A stretch of DNA of 64,000 nt. Origin: Octopus vulgaris. Lineage: Eukaryota. A program made the position numbers and the translations under genes. The stretch lies in NCBI GenBank assembly GCA_951406725.2, contig OX597815.1, positions 87,420,001-87,484,000 on the forward strand, written 5' to 3'. Of this stretch, positions 12,120 to 25,202 are shown one piece after another. The notes under the pieces are model-generated. The model was not told the DNA's origin, ran no database searches, and saw only the letters and a list, made by a program, of their open reading frames with translations. Positions within the stretch are counted from its first letter, which is position 1. Every line of letters starts with the position of its first letter.

Positions 12120-12711
12120 GTATTTTTTCAGCTTTTTTTTATATTCATTTTTAAAAACTCTTTGAGAAATTATTGGGACACTATCTCAGTGTAAACAAAG
12201 TTAAAAAATTTATTGGTCATAAAAATAATCAATGTTGGTTTAACTTCGTATGAATCTCAATTTGTCAGAGAAACTTTCTTAAACATATTATGCACTTCTA
12301 ACTCAATTATCTGACACAATTATCTCAGTTATCTGACACATGCATACATAGATACATATACATCATCATCATCATCAAATGTCTGTTTTCCATGCTAGCA
12401 TGGGTTGTCAGTTTGGCAAACTGGAGAGCTGCACCAAGTTTTAATCTGATTTAGCTTAATTTCAATGGCTGGATGCCCTTCCTTACACCAACTACATTAC
12501 AGTGTTTGTGGGCTACTTTTAATGTGGCACCAGCACACAACTCTTACAGGCAAATCCTCTTCACCAGGAGGAGTGACCTTAACACTTCTACTGTGATCTC
12601 CTTGAGTACAGAATGAGTCTTCTTGAGTACAGGATGGGTTTTCTTGATATATATATATATCATTTAGCATCTATTGTCCATGCTGGCATGGATTGGACAG
12701 TTTGACTGGAA

Positions 12712-13058
12712 CTGGTAAGCTGATGGGGCTGCACCAGACTCCAGTCTGATTTGACATGGCATCTATGTCTGGATGCCCTTCCTAACACTTACCACTCCGA
12801 GATTGTAATGGGTGCTTTTATGTGCCACTGGCTTGACACCAATATCTGCCCCAACTATGATTTCACTTGATTTAATAGGTCTCCAGTCTGGTAAGCTGAT
12901 GGGGCTGCACCAGACTCCAGTCTGATTTGATATGGCATCTATGTCTGGATGCCCTTCCTAACACTTACCACTCCGAGATTGTAATGGGTGCTTTTATGTG
13001 CCACTGGCTTGACACCAATATCTGCCCCAACTATGATTTCACTTGATTTAATAGGTCT
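12712..13058 (+). repeat. 176-bp-period tandem duplication within a LINE 3' tail remnant
   Basis: 12712-12882 is repeated almost identically at 12888-13058. Confidence 0.92.
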
Positions 13059-13714
13059 ACCTTCTCAAGCACAGCATATTGCCAAAGGTTTCGGTTATTT
13101 GTCATTACCTCCATGAGACCCAGCACCTCAGAAGGTGTGTTTATGTGCCACTGGCACAAGTTTTAGTTACATGACACCAGCATTGGCCAAATTGCCTCCG
13201 TGAGGCCCAATGCTCGAAAGGTCTGTTTTATGTGCCACCAGCATGGGTGCCAGTTACATGACACAGACAACGGCCACAATTATGATTTCTCTTGGCTTCA
13301 CAGGTCTTCTCAAGCATGGCATATCGTCAAAGGTCTTGGTCACTAGTCATTGCCTCCATGAGGCAGTGTTTGAAGATCATACTTCACCATCTCGTCCCAT
13401 GCCTTCCTGGATCTCCCTCTTCCACAACTTCCTTCCACTGGTAGAGATTGGCACTTCTTCACACAGCTGTCCACATCTATATGCATCACATGACCATACC
13501 AATGCAGTCATTTCTCTTACACACCACATCTAATGCCTTTTATGCCCAACTTTTCTCTCAAGACATTTACACTCTGTCATACATGCTTTAAACAGTTTGT
13601 AACTTCACTAAGAATTGAAAACAGCAATGTATAACTTTTTTTCCTGACTGATTACTTATTGTGACAAAAAATTGCCATTAGTAATATTGTTACCTGATAT
13701 TTGTCTTCAAATAG

Positions 13715-13846
<132 letters not shown>

Positions 13847-14933
13847 TAATCTTTTTGTAGAAATGTTTCTGAGTATTTCTTTCATATCATGCCTTGTTCT
13901 ATGCCAGCATTACAAAAAATAGGCATCAAACCAATGAGAATGAAAATGATGGTAATAACATTTGATGTTAATAGTTGTTTGTGTATAACAAACATGAGAT
14001 ACAGCATAAAAACTACACAGGTTCGATCTCTGCCAGGAATTGTAAGTAGTTATAGTAAAAATATTGATTTTTAGGAGCATGAGATAAGCAGAACTGGTAA
14101 AGCACCAGATTAAATATTTCATCAATATTTAGATTTGTCCTTTTACTCTGATCACTACAAGCTTACAAGCATTATGGCTCTTGTAGATTACATTAAAAAT
14201 TCAGCAGTTCATTTCTAAAATCAATTAAGAGCTGCATCTGACTGAAGAAACAACCTTGACAGAAATGACTTTCACATAAACATTGTGTAAAGACTAGCTG
14301 TTTATATTGAATCAGTTGAAAATAGTGTCTGAAGCACAATGGTTAATGAGGTTACAGTCTTGAACACTTGCTCTAATTGTCATGAGTCTAAACATTATTA
14401 CCAATTGTTGTATTGTATTCTTTGAACAAAATAAAATGATTCAAATTCATTATCAGCTACATTAATATGGAAAATGTTTTAAAAATAGTTAAAGAAAACA
14501 TATGAATTCAGTCTCCATATATGTAGAAATGTATCTATTTGTGACAACTAATTGTCTATGACTGTGTAGATGTTTGTGTGGTTGATCAGGTAAACTATGA
14601 CACACAGAATAAAGTTCCTTGTCCAGAGATACAAGCAGTCATCAGTAATAATATCTAAGTAGTCATAAGGAAGTAATAACAACACTGAGGGATTAATAAA
14701 TGTGTTGTTGGCTTGCAATGCTGAGTTCAATTTACAGGAAGAACTACCTATCACAGACTATCATTCTGTTACCAAGGAGGTCTTTCTCTCTCATATCCAC
14801 TAAATGGTACAGTATCAGTTATTCAGTACCAGCTTAAATAACTCCTGTAATTCAGAAAGAATCAATCAGTTATAGTCGATTTATCTTCAATTTCTTTCTT
14901 GCTATTGTATCCCTTTACTTTATATGATTCTAG

Positions 14934-15106
14934 TATCTACAGCTGGAGCGAGACCTGCAACATGTACTGGATGAGAAAGAAGAACAAGAGACTGAAAGAG
15001 ATGCTTACAAAACGAAGTATGAACGCTTAAACCAGGAGCTGAACTATATACTGAAAGGAGATGAGAGACGAATTCTTGATATCGATGCCATGGTCATGGA
15101 GAATCG
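14934..15106 (+). CDS. CCDC149: CCDC149 exon 6 (YLQLERDLQHVLDEKEEQETERDAYKTKYERLNQELNYILKGDERRILDIDAMVMENR)
   Basis: ttctag acceptor, CG|gtatgt donor (phase 2); conserved ERLNQELN.IL...RI.D.DA..MENR. Confidence 0.95.
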
Positions 15107-15344
15107 GTATGTTCCTCTAAAACAGTTTATTGGTTCTTGGAATGCATTGTTTTTATTTATTTATTTATTTATTATATTATCAAATTTGGATATATATGTA
15201 TATAATTATATCAATTCATCATCATTATTGAACGTCTGTTGTCCATGCTGGCAAGCTGGGGGGCTGCACCAGTCTCTAGTTTGATTTGGCATGGTTTCTA
15301 TGACTAGATGCTCTTCCTAATGCCAACCACTTTACAGATCTTGC

Positions 15345-15668
15345 TGGATGCTTTTGCAAGACACTGTACAGGTGCTTTTACATGGTTCCATATGGGCACT
15401 TGTATGTGGCATTACACGGGCACTTTTTTTATGACACCACACACACTTTTACATGGCACCACATGGGTGCTTTTATGTAGCACTGTGTGGGCACTTTTAC
15501 ATGACACTGCACAAGCACTTTTACATGACTCTACACAGGTGCTTTTACATGCCACATAACACACACTTTTATGTGACACCACACAGGTGCATTTACATGT
15601 TGCCACATGTGTGCTTTACTGTAGCACCACACAGGTGCTTTTACTTGGCACTGTCATGAGTGCTTTAC
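15345..15668. repeat. Degenerate ~20-bp minisatellite (GGTGCTTTTACATGGCACCAC-like) within a LINE 3' tail remnant
   Basis: About 15 diverged units following the family motif ggatgcccttcctaatgccaaccact. Confidence 0.85.
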
Positions 15669-18362
15669 ACTATCAGAAGGGTTGGTCTTAACACTTCTGC
15701 TGTAGAGTACGAGTCTTCTTGAGTACAGCCTGGCATCAACTAGGTATTTCAGCCCTTTGTCATCTCACCTGAAAAAATGCATGCACACATTAGATCTCAC
15801 AGATAAGATGATGCAGAATCAAGATGTAGGGTTTCTTGGGTTATACTGCAGACCCAAGCCTGGAAATTAAATATTAAATTTATGTTGATGAGTATTTGTA
15901 TACACACTAGTGAGCTGGACCTTTTTTCATTGTTTTTTTTTTTTATAAGGGGCTGATTGTTAGCACCTTTTCTAAAATAAGAACCAGTTGTTAATTTTTT
16001 GGTACATGCTGGATAAAGATTTTCTTTGGAAAGTTAGAATGTCAATCATGCCACTGACTAATGATTCCACCCACCCACATAATGGAAATAGAGTTGGCTA
16101 TTTTGTGTTTTGAAGTGAAAGTTAATCATTGCATATAATTTTCCTTTGATCCAACATCTTTACACCAGTGTTAATGGTGGCAGCCCTGATGTTTTGTACC
16201 TGACAGGAAAAGGAGAATTTCTCATGATGGCATGGGTTGTAGCTGAGTGTCTATTTTCTGCATCAGTGAAGGGGTTCATGTGATTGTTTGATGGCTGTGG
16301 GATTCTCGCACAAGTCTAAATGGCTCCATCTGGCCTCTTCTATGCACATCACTGACATGGTAGCTTAGTCCTACATACACAATCAGTGCTTTTCATTATA
16401 TTTGTGACTGTCATAATTTTGATGTGGCTTTATTGGCTGAATGCTCTTCTTGTTAGCAATCACTCGACATTTTATTATGCTACAAGTACTAAAGAAGTTG
16501 TCTATCAGGACTAAAGTGTCTTTCTACTCTCTGTCCATTTTCATTTAGCTATTGCTTTTCTAGATGATGTGTGGTCCTCATCTGTGGAGACTTTCATTCA
16601 GAGTTAGATACTGCCAAAGTTGTTCACAGTGCATGCAAACAGTGTAGAAACTGGTAAAGAGATAGAAATATGGAGTGAAGGAGACAGAGAGATATAAGAA
16701 GAGCAAAATAGCGATAGAGATATACTGCTAACTAGACATGTTTGGCAAATAGGATGCTACAGTGAACAGGTATTGTTTCACCAATAGACCTCAGCAAGTG
16801 GGAAAATGGGACATGTGAGAGAGACAGGGAGAGAAAGAAAGAGAGAGAGAGAGAGAGAGACCAGCATATGAGGAGAGTGTTATGAGAAAAAAAAGGGATA
16901 TATCTATACTGAAAGAGGGAGAAAGAGATGAAGCAGGTAGAAAGAATCTTAAGGAGGTAGTCTTAAAATGAAACTGTTGCTGAGGCATTGGGTGAATTAT
17001 CAAGAGACTATATTCTGACATGGACACTGGTGATTGTTCATATCACTTAAAAGCTCTTGTGGTCTCTCTTCTAACTATTTTGCATGTAATCTGATTGATT
17101 AGTTAAAGTAATTCATAAATAAATCACAAAATGAATACTAATAATATAGTAGCTCCATCAAATCTAGCCGTCGTAAATGAAATATGGAAAGCCGTTGATT
17201 TATTGATAATCATACTAGTAAATAGCATTAAGAAAGAAAACATCTGTTCATGAACTCTCATCTTAACATCTTGTATATATTCTGAATGATCAGTTATAAT
17301 AATTTATTGATAAACAAATACTTAAACAGCAAAATGAATAATAATTAGTTTCATATAATCTGTATGTATAAAATTGTATAAAATATATACTAACTAGTAC
17401 CAAAACATTTAAAGTGATCATCTACAAACGTTTGTGTATAAGGCCAAATGTGGTAGACACAGCCACTTATAAATGGAAATCCAAAGATAATGCCTGGCTG
17501 CACACGCACACATAGCCCCCTCCCACACACACATTCCCTCCTTCCCCTCGCTTTCTCTCTCACTCATGCATGCAATCAAATTCATTGCTAATTTTTATTC
17601 ATTGCTTCAAATCTAATTTTAAATTTCAAATTTCTTTAGAGATTATTGTGGCATGAAATTCAGAATCATAACTAAAAACATTTATATAGGATAGGCTACA
17701 TATGGTTACCTACAAAATAGGCTAACAAACAACACATTAAAATTGTGCTTTTCCTTTGCACATTTAGTAATTACTGATTGTATTGGTGTATCAGTGGTTG
17801 GATATAGCACCGGCTTCACAACCTTAACCGATTGAGCAAGCAGCATAATTAGAAAGGAAATTTGCACCTAAAAAGTCATATGCATAGTGCTTGGACTCTA
17901 TTCTATAGGTGCCTCTACTTCATACTATTCTAATTAATCCTGTTATATGTGAACAATGTTCCCATTAGTTTTCAGAAGCCATTGTGCAAAACAAATTCTA
18001 TATTCTGCAGGGTTTTTTTCTTTTTTTTAAAGCAAAAGTAAGAGTACACTAAATACATATATAATCACCATTGTTTTAACGTACATATTTGCATGGGTCA
18101 AACGGAATTTATTGAGGTGAATATTCTCTGGTTGGATGCCCTTCCTGTTGCCAACCTTCACCTGTTTCTGAGTAAGATGATATTTCCCTGTAATCAGACA
18201 TGTTTTCACTGGATATTGGAAATGAATGACACACTGGTATGACAGCACTTGTTTGCAACTATCATGCAATGTCAAGACAAGGAGTCAGTAACATACATGC
18301 ACTCACACATGCATACATACATTCATATATACATACATACACGCATGAATACACACACGCAT

Positions 18363-18424
<62 letters not shown>

Positions 18425-18779
18425 CAACTAACTTCTTTCAGTTTCTGTCTACCAAATCTACTCACAAGACTTTGGTCAACCTGAGGTTATAGTAGAAGAC
18501 ACTTACCCAAGGTACTACTCAGAGAAAGTGAACCAGGAACCATGTGGCTGGAAGCCACACCTGCATCTAATATTTAATACATATATAATAAATATAATTA
18601 TGAATTTCTTCACTATTTCAAGTAACTAATCTTTTATGTAATGATTGCAAGATATGTATGCATGATCTCAAGCACAACTTAGAAGGAACAGTACTTTTGA
18701 AATCCTGGTTTTCAGTCACTTTACCAGAGATCCCACTGCATATTTTGTGTGCTCATTACTTGCACTGTGTACTCAAATT

Positions 18780-19960
18780 TCTACCAACTTCCTGCCTCTA
18801 TACTTCACCAAGACTTTCCAAATTATAACATGAAGCTATAGCTTGGAAAGTCTGTTACTAAGTTTCTATTACTACCTAACTGTTTAATATTTACCGTTGT
18901 AATTTTTAGGTCTTTGTACTCAAAATCATGCTTCTATGTTTTAAATAGGTTCTGCTATGGACCTATCATGAGTATATAAAAGACCCTAAGGATAACTAGT
19001 CCTGAACTCTTGTATTGTATACTTCAGAACTGTAATGCATAGAAGTAAAACTGAGGATAGGACCCTGGTGAACACCTCTCTGTATACTTAATTTCTCATT
19101 GAATTCACTGCTGATTGTTACCTGACATACATGGCTCTCACAAGTTGTTCATCTGTATTAGTTTCTTTAATACACACAAGACTACATTAAAGATTTTCTC
19201 CAAATCAAAAACTGCAAAATTGAGAGGTTTGTTCTTAGTCTAGATCTTCTCTTTGTAATTGACTCACAAAAATATAACTTTTCTTATTAACTCAAACTGA
19301 TTGTGGTACAAACTAATTGTTTGCATCAAGTGAGCCTCTTTGCATTTGCTTAACTCATTAGAAATGGCAGCCAGATCTAATTAAATCTAGTAACAAATGC
19401 TATCAACTACTTTTGGTGAGCCATCTAGGTATGTAAGAGAATCTAGTTCTAGTGTGTTCATAGTATACATTGCTCCAGTGCATTTGTCTCATATGAAGCT
19501 TACTTTCTCTGTTAGTCTGCCTACAATTCCATCTCTGTTAGTCTGCCTACAATTCCATAGCTTACATTGAGTACAGTTTATGGAGTTAATACCTACTCCT
19601 CTTTTTTTTTTAATCAAGCAAGGCCATGTCTTTGAAAGTACCTGAATCCTATCTTTCTTTCATACTAAAATCTTTGTCTTTACTAAGTTTACCTTGAGGC
19701 CTCTCAATTGTAGCTTTAGCTTCTATGTCTGGAATTACCACTCTAATTCCTTTATAGATTCAGCTATGAGAACTAAATTATTAGCATATAGGAATTCTCA
19801 TAGATAGCCAGCTTTAAAATTTATTGTGTAGGATTATGATGAATAAAAAACCAAGGACTGAGCCTTGATGAACTCCTACTTTCATGCTGAAATTGTCACT
19901 GAAATTGTTGACACTCACTTTACATACTACATCTTTGTACATAGCTTGTACTGGTCCCAT
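18780..19960 (-). pseudogene. Highly decayed RTE-LINE RT fragments
   Basis: Remnants of GVHQGS and YANNL(V) motifs on the minus strand, similar to the 30374-31195 copy. Confidence 0.6.
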
Positions 19961-20604
19961 GTATAATACTTTTAGATAGACAATATTAAATACTATATAT
20001 ATGCAATATATCCACCTTCCTACCTACCTATGTAAAAAGCATCCACTACCCTCTCGGAGTGATTGGCATTAGGAAGGGCATCCAGCTTTAGAAACCTTGC
20101 CAGATCAGATTGGAACCTGCTGCAGCCTTCTGGCTTGCCAGTCCTCAGTCAAACCGTCCAACCCATGGAAAGCGGACGTTAAACATTAATGATGATTCTT
20201 AACCTTATCCTCAGCACATATATTTGCAGTTGTTAAATCTTTACTATACTTCAATCAGTTTTCATCTCTAATCAATTATTTATTCCTGGAAGCATTTGCA
20301 ATTCAAGGATGAATTTTAATCCAGTTCAGCTCTAGTTAAAATCCTACCTTGGATAATGTAAACATCCAGGGGTAAGATATCTGATAATCAAAATGTTGTG
20401 AAGGTGTAATAAATACAAATATACATTCTGAGGATAAAGTTAATACTCTGAAAAATAATTTTGATTTAATATAAGTGCTTACATTGATTTTTACTCTACT
20501 AGCTCTTTACACATATCTAAATTATATAGTTGAATAATTACATTAGAAGTGCTTACAGGGAGTTCTAATGACATGGAATTTCATTTATCTGTTGTATGTT
20601 GTAG

Positions 20605-20677
20605 GTATTTACAAGAAAGACTCAAACAAATGGAGGAGGAAAAAACAATGGCAATGGCAACCGCTTCCAAGTATAAG
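20605..20677 (+). CDS. CCDC149: CCDC149 exon 7 (YLQERLKQMEEEKTMAMATASKYK)
   Basis: gtag acceptor phase 2, AAG|gtatta donor; conserved YLQERLKQ...KYK. Confidence 0.95.
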
Positions 20678-20893
20678 GTATTAATTCATCTGTTTATTTA
20701 TCTTTTTATTTTATCCATTTATTTCCTACCATCTTCAGCTCTGATGTTATCATGGTGTCCACATTGTTGCCTCTTTAAAATATATTACTGCAAAGTCTTT
20801 TGTATTCTCTGACTGTACATATCTGTTAATGTGGTACAATATTTAACTGACACTATTTAATCTACATGGTGTTTTTTTAATATATATTTTCAG

Positions 20894-20978
20894 AATATTC
20901 TAGAAAGAAAGAAAAGTAAAGGAGGTTTAAAGTTTGGTCAAAATCGAAATGACAGCTTGGTCATTAGCCAGAAGCAAG
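20894..20978 (+). CDS. CCDC149: CCDC149 exon 8 (NILERKKSKGGLKFGQNRNDSLVISQKQ)
   Basis: tttcag acceptor, G|gttggt donor phase 1; resembles NALERRKNSKG...VLSAKQ. Confidence 0.92.
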
Positions 20979-21652
20979 GTTGGTATGAAAATAAAATCTT
21001 TCTTGTTACCTCATTATTTTAATGAGTTAATACTTTTTTGCATTTCAAATTTGATGAAAACTCTCTTATATCTTCAAAATAAGATAGTTAAATTTCTTCT
21101 ATTCATCTTTTAAATTGCTATTTTTGCATGCTAGAAATTTTTATCCATTGTGTGTGTGTGTGTTTTCACATAATTTGTCAGTCATTTAGCACTGTTAAAC
21201 ATTACTAGAATTAGGCTATACTGTTTGTATCAAGTGTCTAACAAAATATCTCAGAAGCAAGTGAGAATAGACTGAATAGTACAATTAGATAACAGATTTA
21301 ATTTTAGAGAGTGAGAAACTACACAAGTACACTGTAGCATAATTGGAAATGCAATTGCCTATCAAGAACCTGGATTCAAGTCCTTTCAGTTTATTTTATT
21401 TTATTTTTTTAATACCAAATTAATATCCATAATATTTAACATGGTTTAATCTGTTTAACTTTCTCTTTCTTGCCTATATTTGGGCACACTTCCCACACAC
21501 AATATACACCAAAAATCAGTGTTTTTTCACAACTCAAATTTTGTGCCGTGTTTTTATTACTTTCTAATAAATGTGATATTTCATGCCATGTCTAAGAAAT
21601 TGCTAATTTCATGTAAAAAGAAATTTGACCATGAATTTGTCTTTCTACATAG

Positions 21653-21791
21653 TCCACCATTTGATTGAAGATAAGAAATATACAGTTCCAAGTGTCCAGG
21701 CAATGGCAGATCTTCGGGGCTTAGCTGTTGCTCTCTTAGAAACTATCAATGACAAAAATCTAGCTTTATCTCATCAGCGGAAAACAAACAA
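21653..21791 (+). CDS. CCDC149: CCDC149 exon 9 (VHHLIEDKKYTVPSVQAMADLRGLAVALLETINDKNLALSHQRKTNK)
   Basis: catag acceptor phase 1, AA|gtaaga donor phase 2; conserved DL..LA.ALLETI..KN....HQR.TNK. Confidence 0.95.
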
Positions 21792-23291
21792 GTAAGATTT
21801 AGTTTACATTTTCCTCTTCTTCAATAGACTTCATTCTTTGATACTGCAACTAATTCAACCTCCAAAAGATGACCCAGTGTATAATATATTGAGCTACCTA
21901 ATCATAGGCCAAAGATTTAAACATGTTAATAATGTTTTGTTTTGTTTATAGACAGAACATTTTTATTCTGCATATTTACTTACCATGTATATCATGGTTT
22001 TAGAATAGGTACATAGTCACCCTATGTTTTATAAGAGGTAACTAAAAGAGTTAGTGACAGGAAAGGTATCTGTCCATAAAACACTGCCTCAGAAAAACCA
22101 TCCAACTCACACTAATATGGAAAACCAGACATGTTGTTGAGGATGGTTGTCTCGATTCACTTGGTTATCACTAATAAGTACCAGTAATAAGAACCTGAGA
22201 ATATTTAACCTCTTATCAGATCCCATCAAACATCTAGGCTAACTTTGCAAATAGATCTAAACTCAGGTTATAATTATATATTGTATATACTAATTGGTAT
22301 GTAACCATCAATTTCATTGAAACTGATCTCTCACAAGTATCTGTCATTAAGTGGATAGTTTCTTTGGCTTATTAGGATGTCTCACTTATGAAACCTTATC
22401 CTTTCCAAATCACAAGGATCTCTTGAGTCTGTAGTTCAACTTCGGTTTCTCTAACATTAAGCAAATGAGAGAGAAATCAACCTCTAGATAGAATGTTATC
22501 ACAAGTACTTTTCTTGCTGAAATTGATATTTGATTATGATGAATTACTACCTCCTAGTAATATCTTCTTAGAGCTAAGTACTTTGACCATTGATATAAAG
22601 CAGTACTGAGGACAGGACGTGAAGTGAATCATTAACTTGGTGTCTGGTGTACTTTACATTGTTCTGCCATCATTCTTTAATAAGGAAAGTAAAAACATTT
22701 TTTCAATGTGAGTAGTATGGAAAAAAAAAAAAAAATCATGAAGCTTCAGATCTGGATAAATAGCTCCCAGGTTTATTTGTTAATCTGACCACTGTCTGTA
22801 TTAACTGAGTGTTGAACTGCCAACTAATGAGTCATTGGTTCATATCTCATGACTGATACTTTTCTCTGTTTGTGACAAGATCCTGACCTCTCACTTGGTA
22901 TAATCCACCAAATTATAAATTTATTCCACAAGCAGAACTATTAAGTCCTGTATACATCAGGAATACTGTATAACTGATAACTAACTTACTCTTGATACAC
23001 AACATAAAAACAAGGTCTCTAAGATATTTACTTATGATATGGTGTGTTATGGGACTTATGCATATATATATATATATATATATATATACAAATTAGTAAA
23101 TAAATGGCACAACTAAGTACCGATATTTACTGGAAATAGCGAACGTAAAAATACGACGCTAAAGTGTAGCTTCACCGCGTATGTATTAGTAAAAATGCGT
23201 GTGTGCAACAAAATAGAGAAAAAAAAAAAAAAAAAAAACGTCTTACCTCCAGGGAGAACATCTGAAAGATGAAACACCCGGAAAATGGATA

Positions 23292-23368
23292 ATGTGGTAC
23301 CTGCAGGTTTCAGGATTTGCAAGATATGTCTCTCACCCATATTTGCTTTACCTTCTTCAGCCAAACAT
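23292..23368 (-). ncRNA. Type I hammerhead ribozyme, intact core (copy 1)
   Basis: ATGtttGG CTGAAGA AGG..GCAA.ATATG-loop-CATAT.TTGC..CCT GAAAC CTGCAG GTA^CCACAT; helix III is the palindrome ACCTGCAGGT; predicted cut between 23298 and 23297. Confidence 0.85.
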
Positions 23369-23728
23369 ATACCAAGACGAAACTACGATGTTACCACATA
23401 AATACTAACACACTCGACTGAAATACTAACAGTACGAGAAACGGTAAAGAAGTTTCAAAATATCAGTAATGCAATACAAAGTATTGCCTTCCAGTAAAAA
23501 GTAGCCCGTGAGGGAAAAATACACAAATTAGTAAATAAATGGCACAACTAAGTACCGATATTTACTGGAAATTGCGAACGTAAAAATACGACACTAAAGT
23601 GTAGCTTCACCGCGTATGTATTAGTAAAAATGCGTGTGTGCAACAAAATAGAGAAAAAAAAAAAAAAAAAAAAACCGTCTTACCTCCAGGGAGAACATCT
23701 GAAAGATGAAACACCCGGAAAATGGATA

Positions 23729-23805
23729 ATGTGGTACCTGCAGGTTTCAGGTTTTGCAAGATATGTCTCTCACCCATATTTGCTTTACTTTCTTCAGCCA
23801 AACAT
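23729..23805 (-). ncRNA. Type I hammerhead ribozyme, intact core (copy 2)
   Basis: Same as copy 1 with one mismatch at the base of helix II; predicted cut between 23735 and 23734. Confidence 0.82.
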
Positions 23806-24920
23806 ATACCAAACATATATATATATATATATATATATCAAGCCAACTATTAACCAAACTTAATGTTACTTATACATCTTAAATGATAATCTGTGTTTAT
23901 AATATGATCTAATCATAAATATTATCACAACCCAAGATGATATGTTAGATAGTTTCAAGCTCATAACTCTCAAGTATGGTAATGCATTTGTCCTGAGTAG
24001 CATTATAAAACCTGCACAAATTTCTACTCTTCCCTAAGACTTCACCCTACTGAAGTCTAACACTGACTTCAGGGAAATGAAGGAAACTTAAGATAACCTT
24101 ATGAGCATTTTATCTTATAGTATTTCAATTGATATTACTGTTAAATACTAGTAATTACTGGTTTTATTTTAATCTTTATTATTCTGGGATCAAATTCTGT
24201 TGTAGTCAACTTTGCCTTTCACCTTTTAGGGTTAATAAAATAGCACTACTCAAGTATTAGTGTCAAAATTATCAGCTACAGCCTTTTCCTGTCTGCCCTT
24301 GTCTTTATGGTAAACATCATTATTATTAAAGTTAATGTTATAATAGAAATGGTAAAATACTAGATTAAATATCTAACAGCATTTTGCTTTGTCCTTCTAC
24401 ATTCTCAATTTAAATCAGACTGCAGTTGTTTTTGTTTTCACTGTTCCAACCCACTTCCCCAAATTTGTGAGAAATATTTATTATCAAGGTAGTAGATGGC
24501 AGAAATGGTAGGGCAGCAGATAAAATGATTTGCTGTATTTAGTTATATCCTGTTTATGGTCTGTGTTCAAATATAATTTTTCATTTCAACCCTCAATGAT
24601 TGATTAAAATAAAGTACCATTTAAATATTGGCATCAGTCTAATCAACTATATACCCCCCCCCAAAAAAAAAACAACAAAAAATATGTAGTATTAGAAAAT
24701 AATATTTTTAAGGGTGGTATGTCAACAAAAATGGACATTTGCTAAATTAAATAATGTACAGTATTAGTTTCATGTTTTTATATCTTGAGTTCAAATCCTT
24801 ATAAGATCCACTCTGATTTTTGTTCTTGCAAGACTATTAAATTAGTTCCACCTATATACTTGGATCAATTCATTTGATTATATCTGTCCACAAATTTATG
24901 TTACATTGTGTAAGAGATGA

Positions 24921-25202
<282 letters not shown>

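Larger units (their letters stand above)
23088..23813 (-). mobile_element. Tandem (~1.7 units, 437-nt period) hammerhead-bearing element; retrozyme or Penelope pLTR type
   Basis: 23088-23375 is nearly identical to 23523-23812; two HHRs; flanked on both sides by (TA)n. Confidence 0.88.

Noticed and set aside
15345-15668. Short repeat array resembling CRISPR or a repeat protein
   Set aside because: Head-to-tail ~20-bp minisatellite without spacers, derived from a LINE tail motif.
18239-18484. ORFs rich in HT, CV, YI or LS dipeptides (also 9708, 35620-35884, 40801-41037, 43233)
   Set aside because: Translations of dinucleotide microsatellites.
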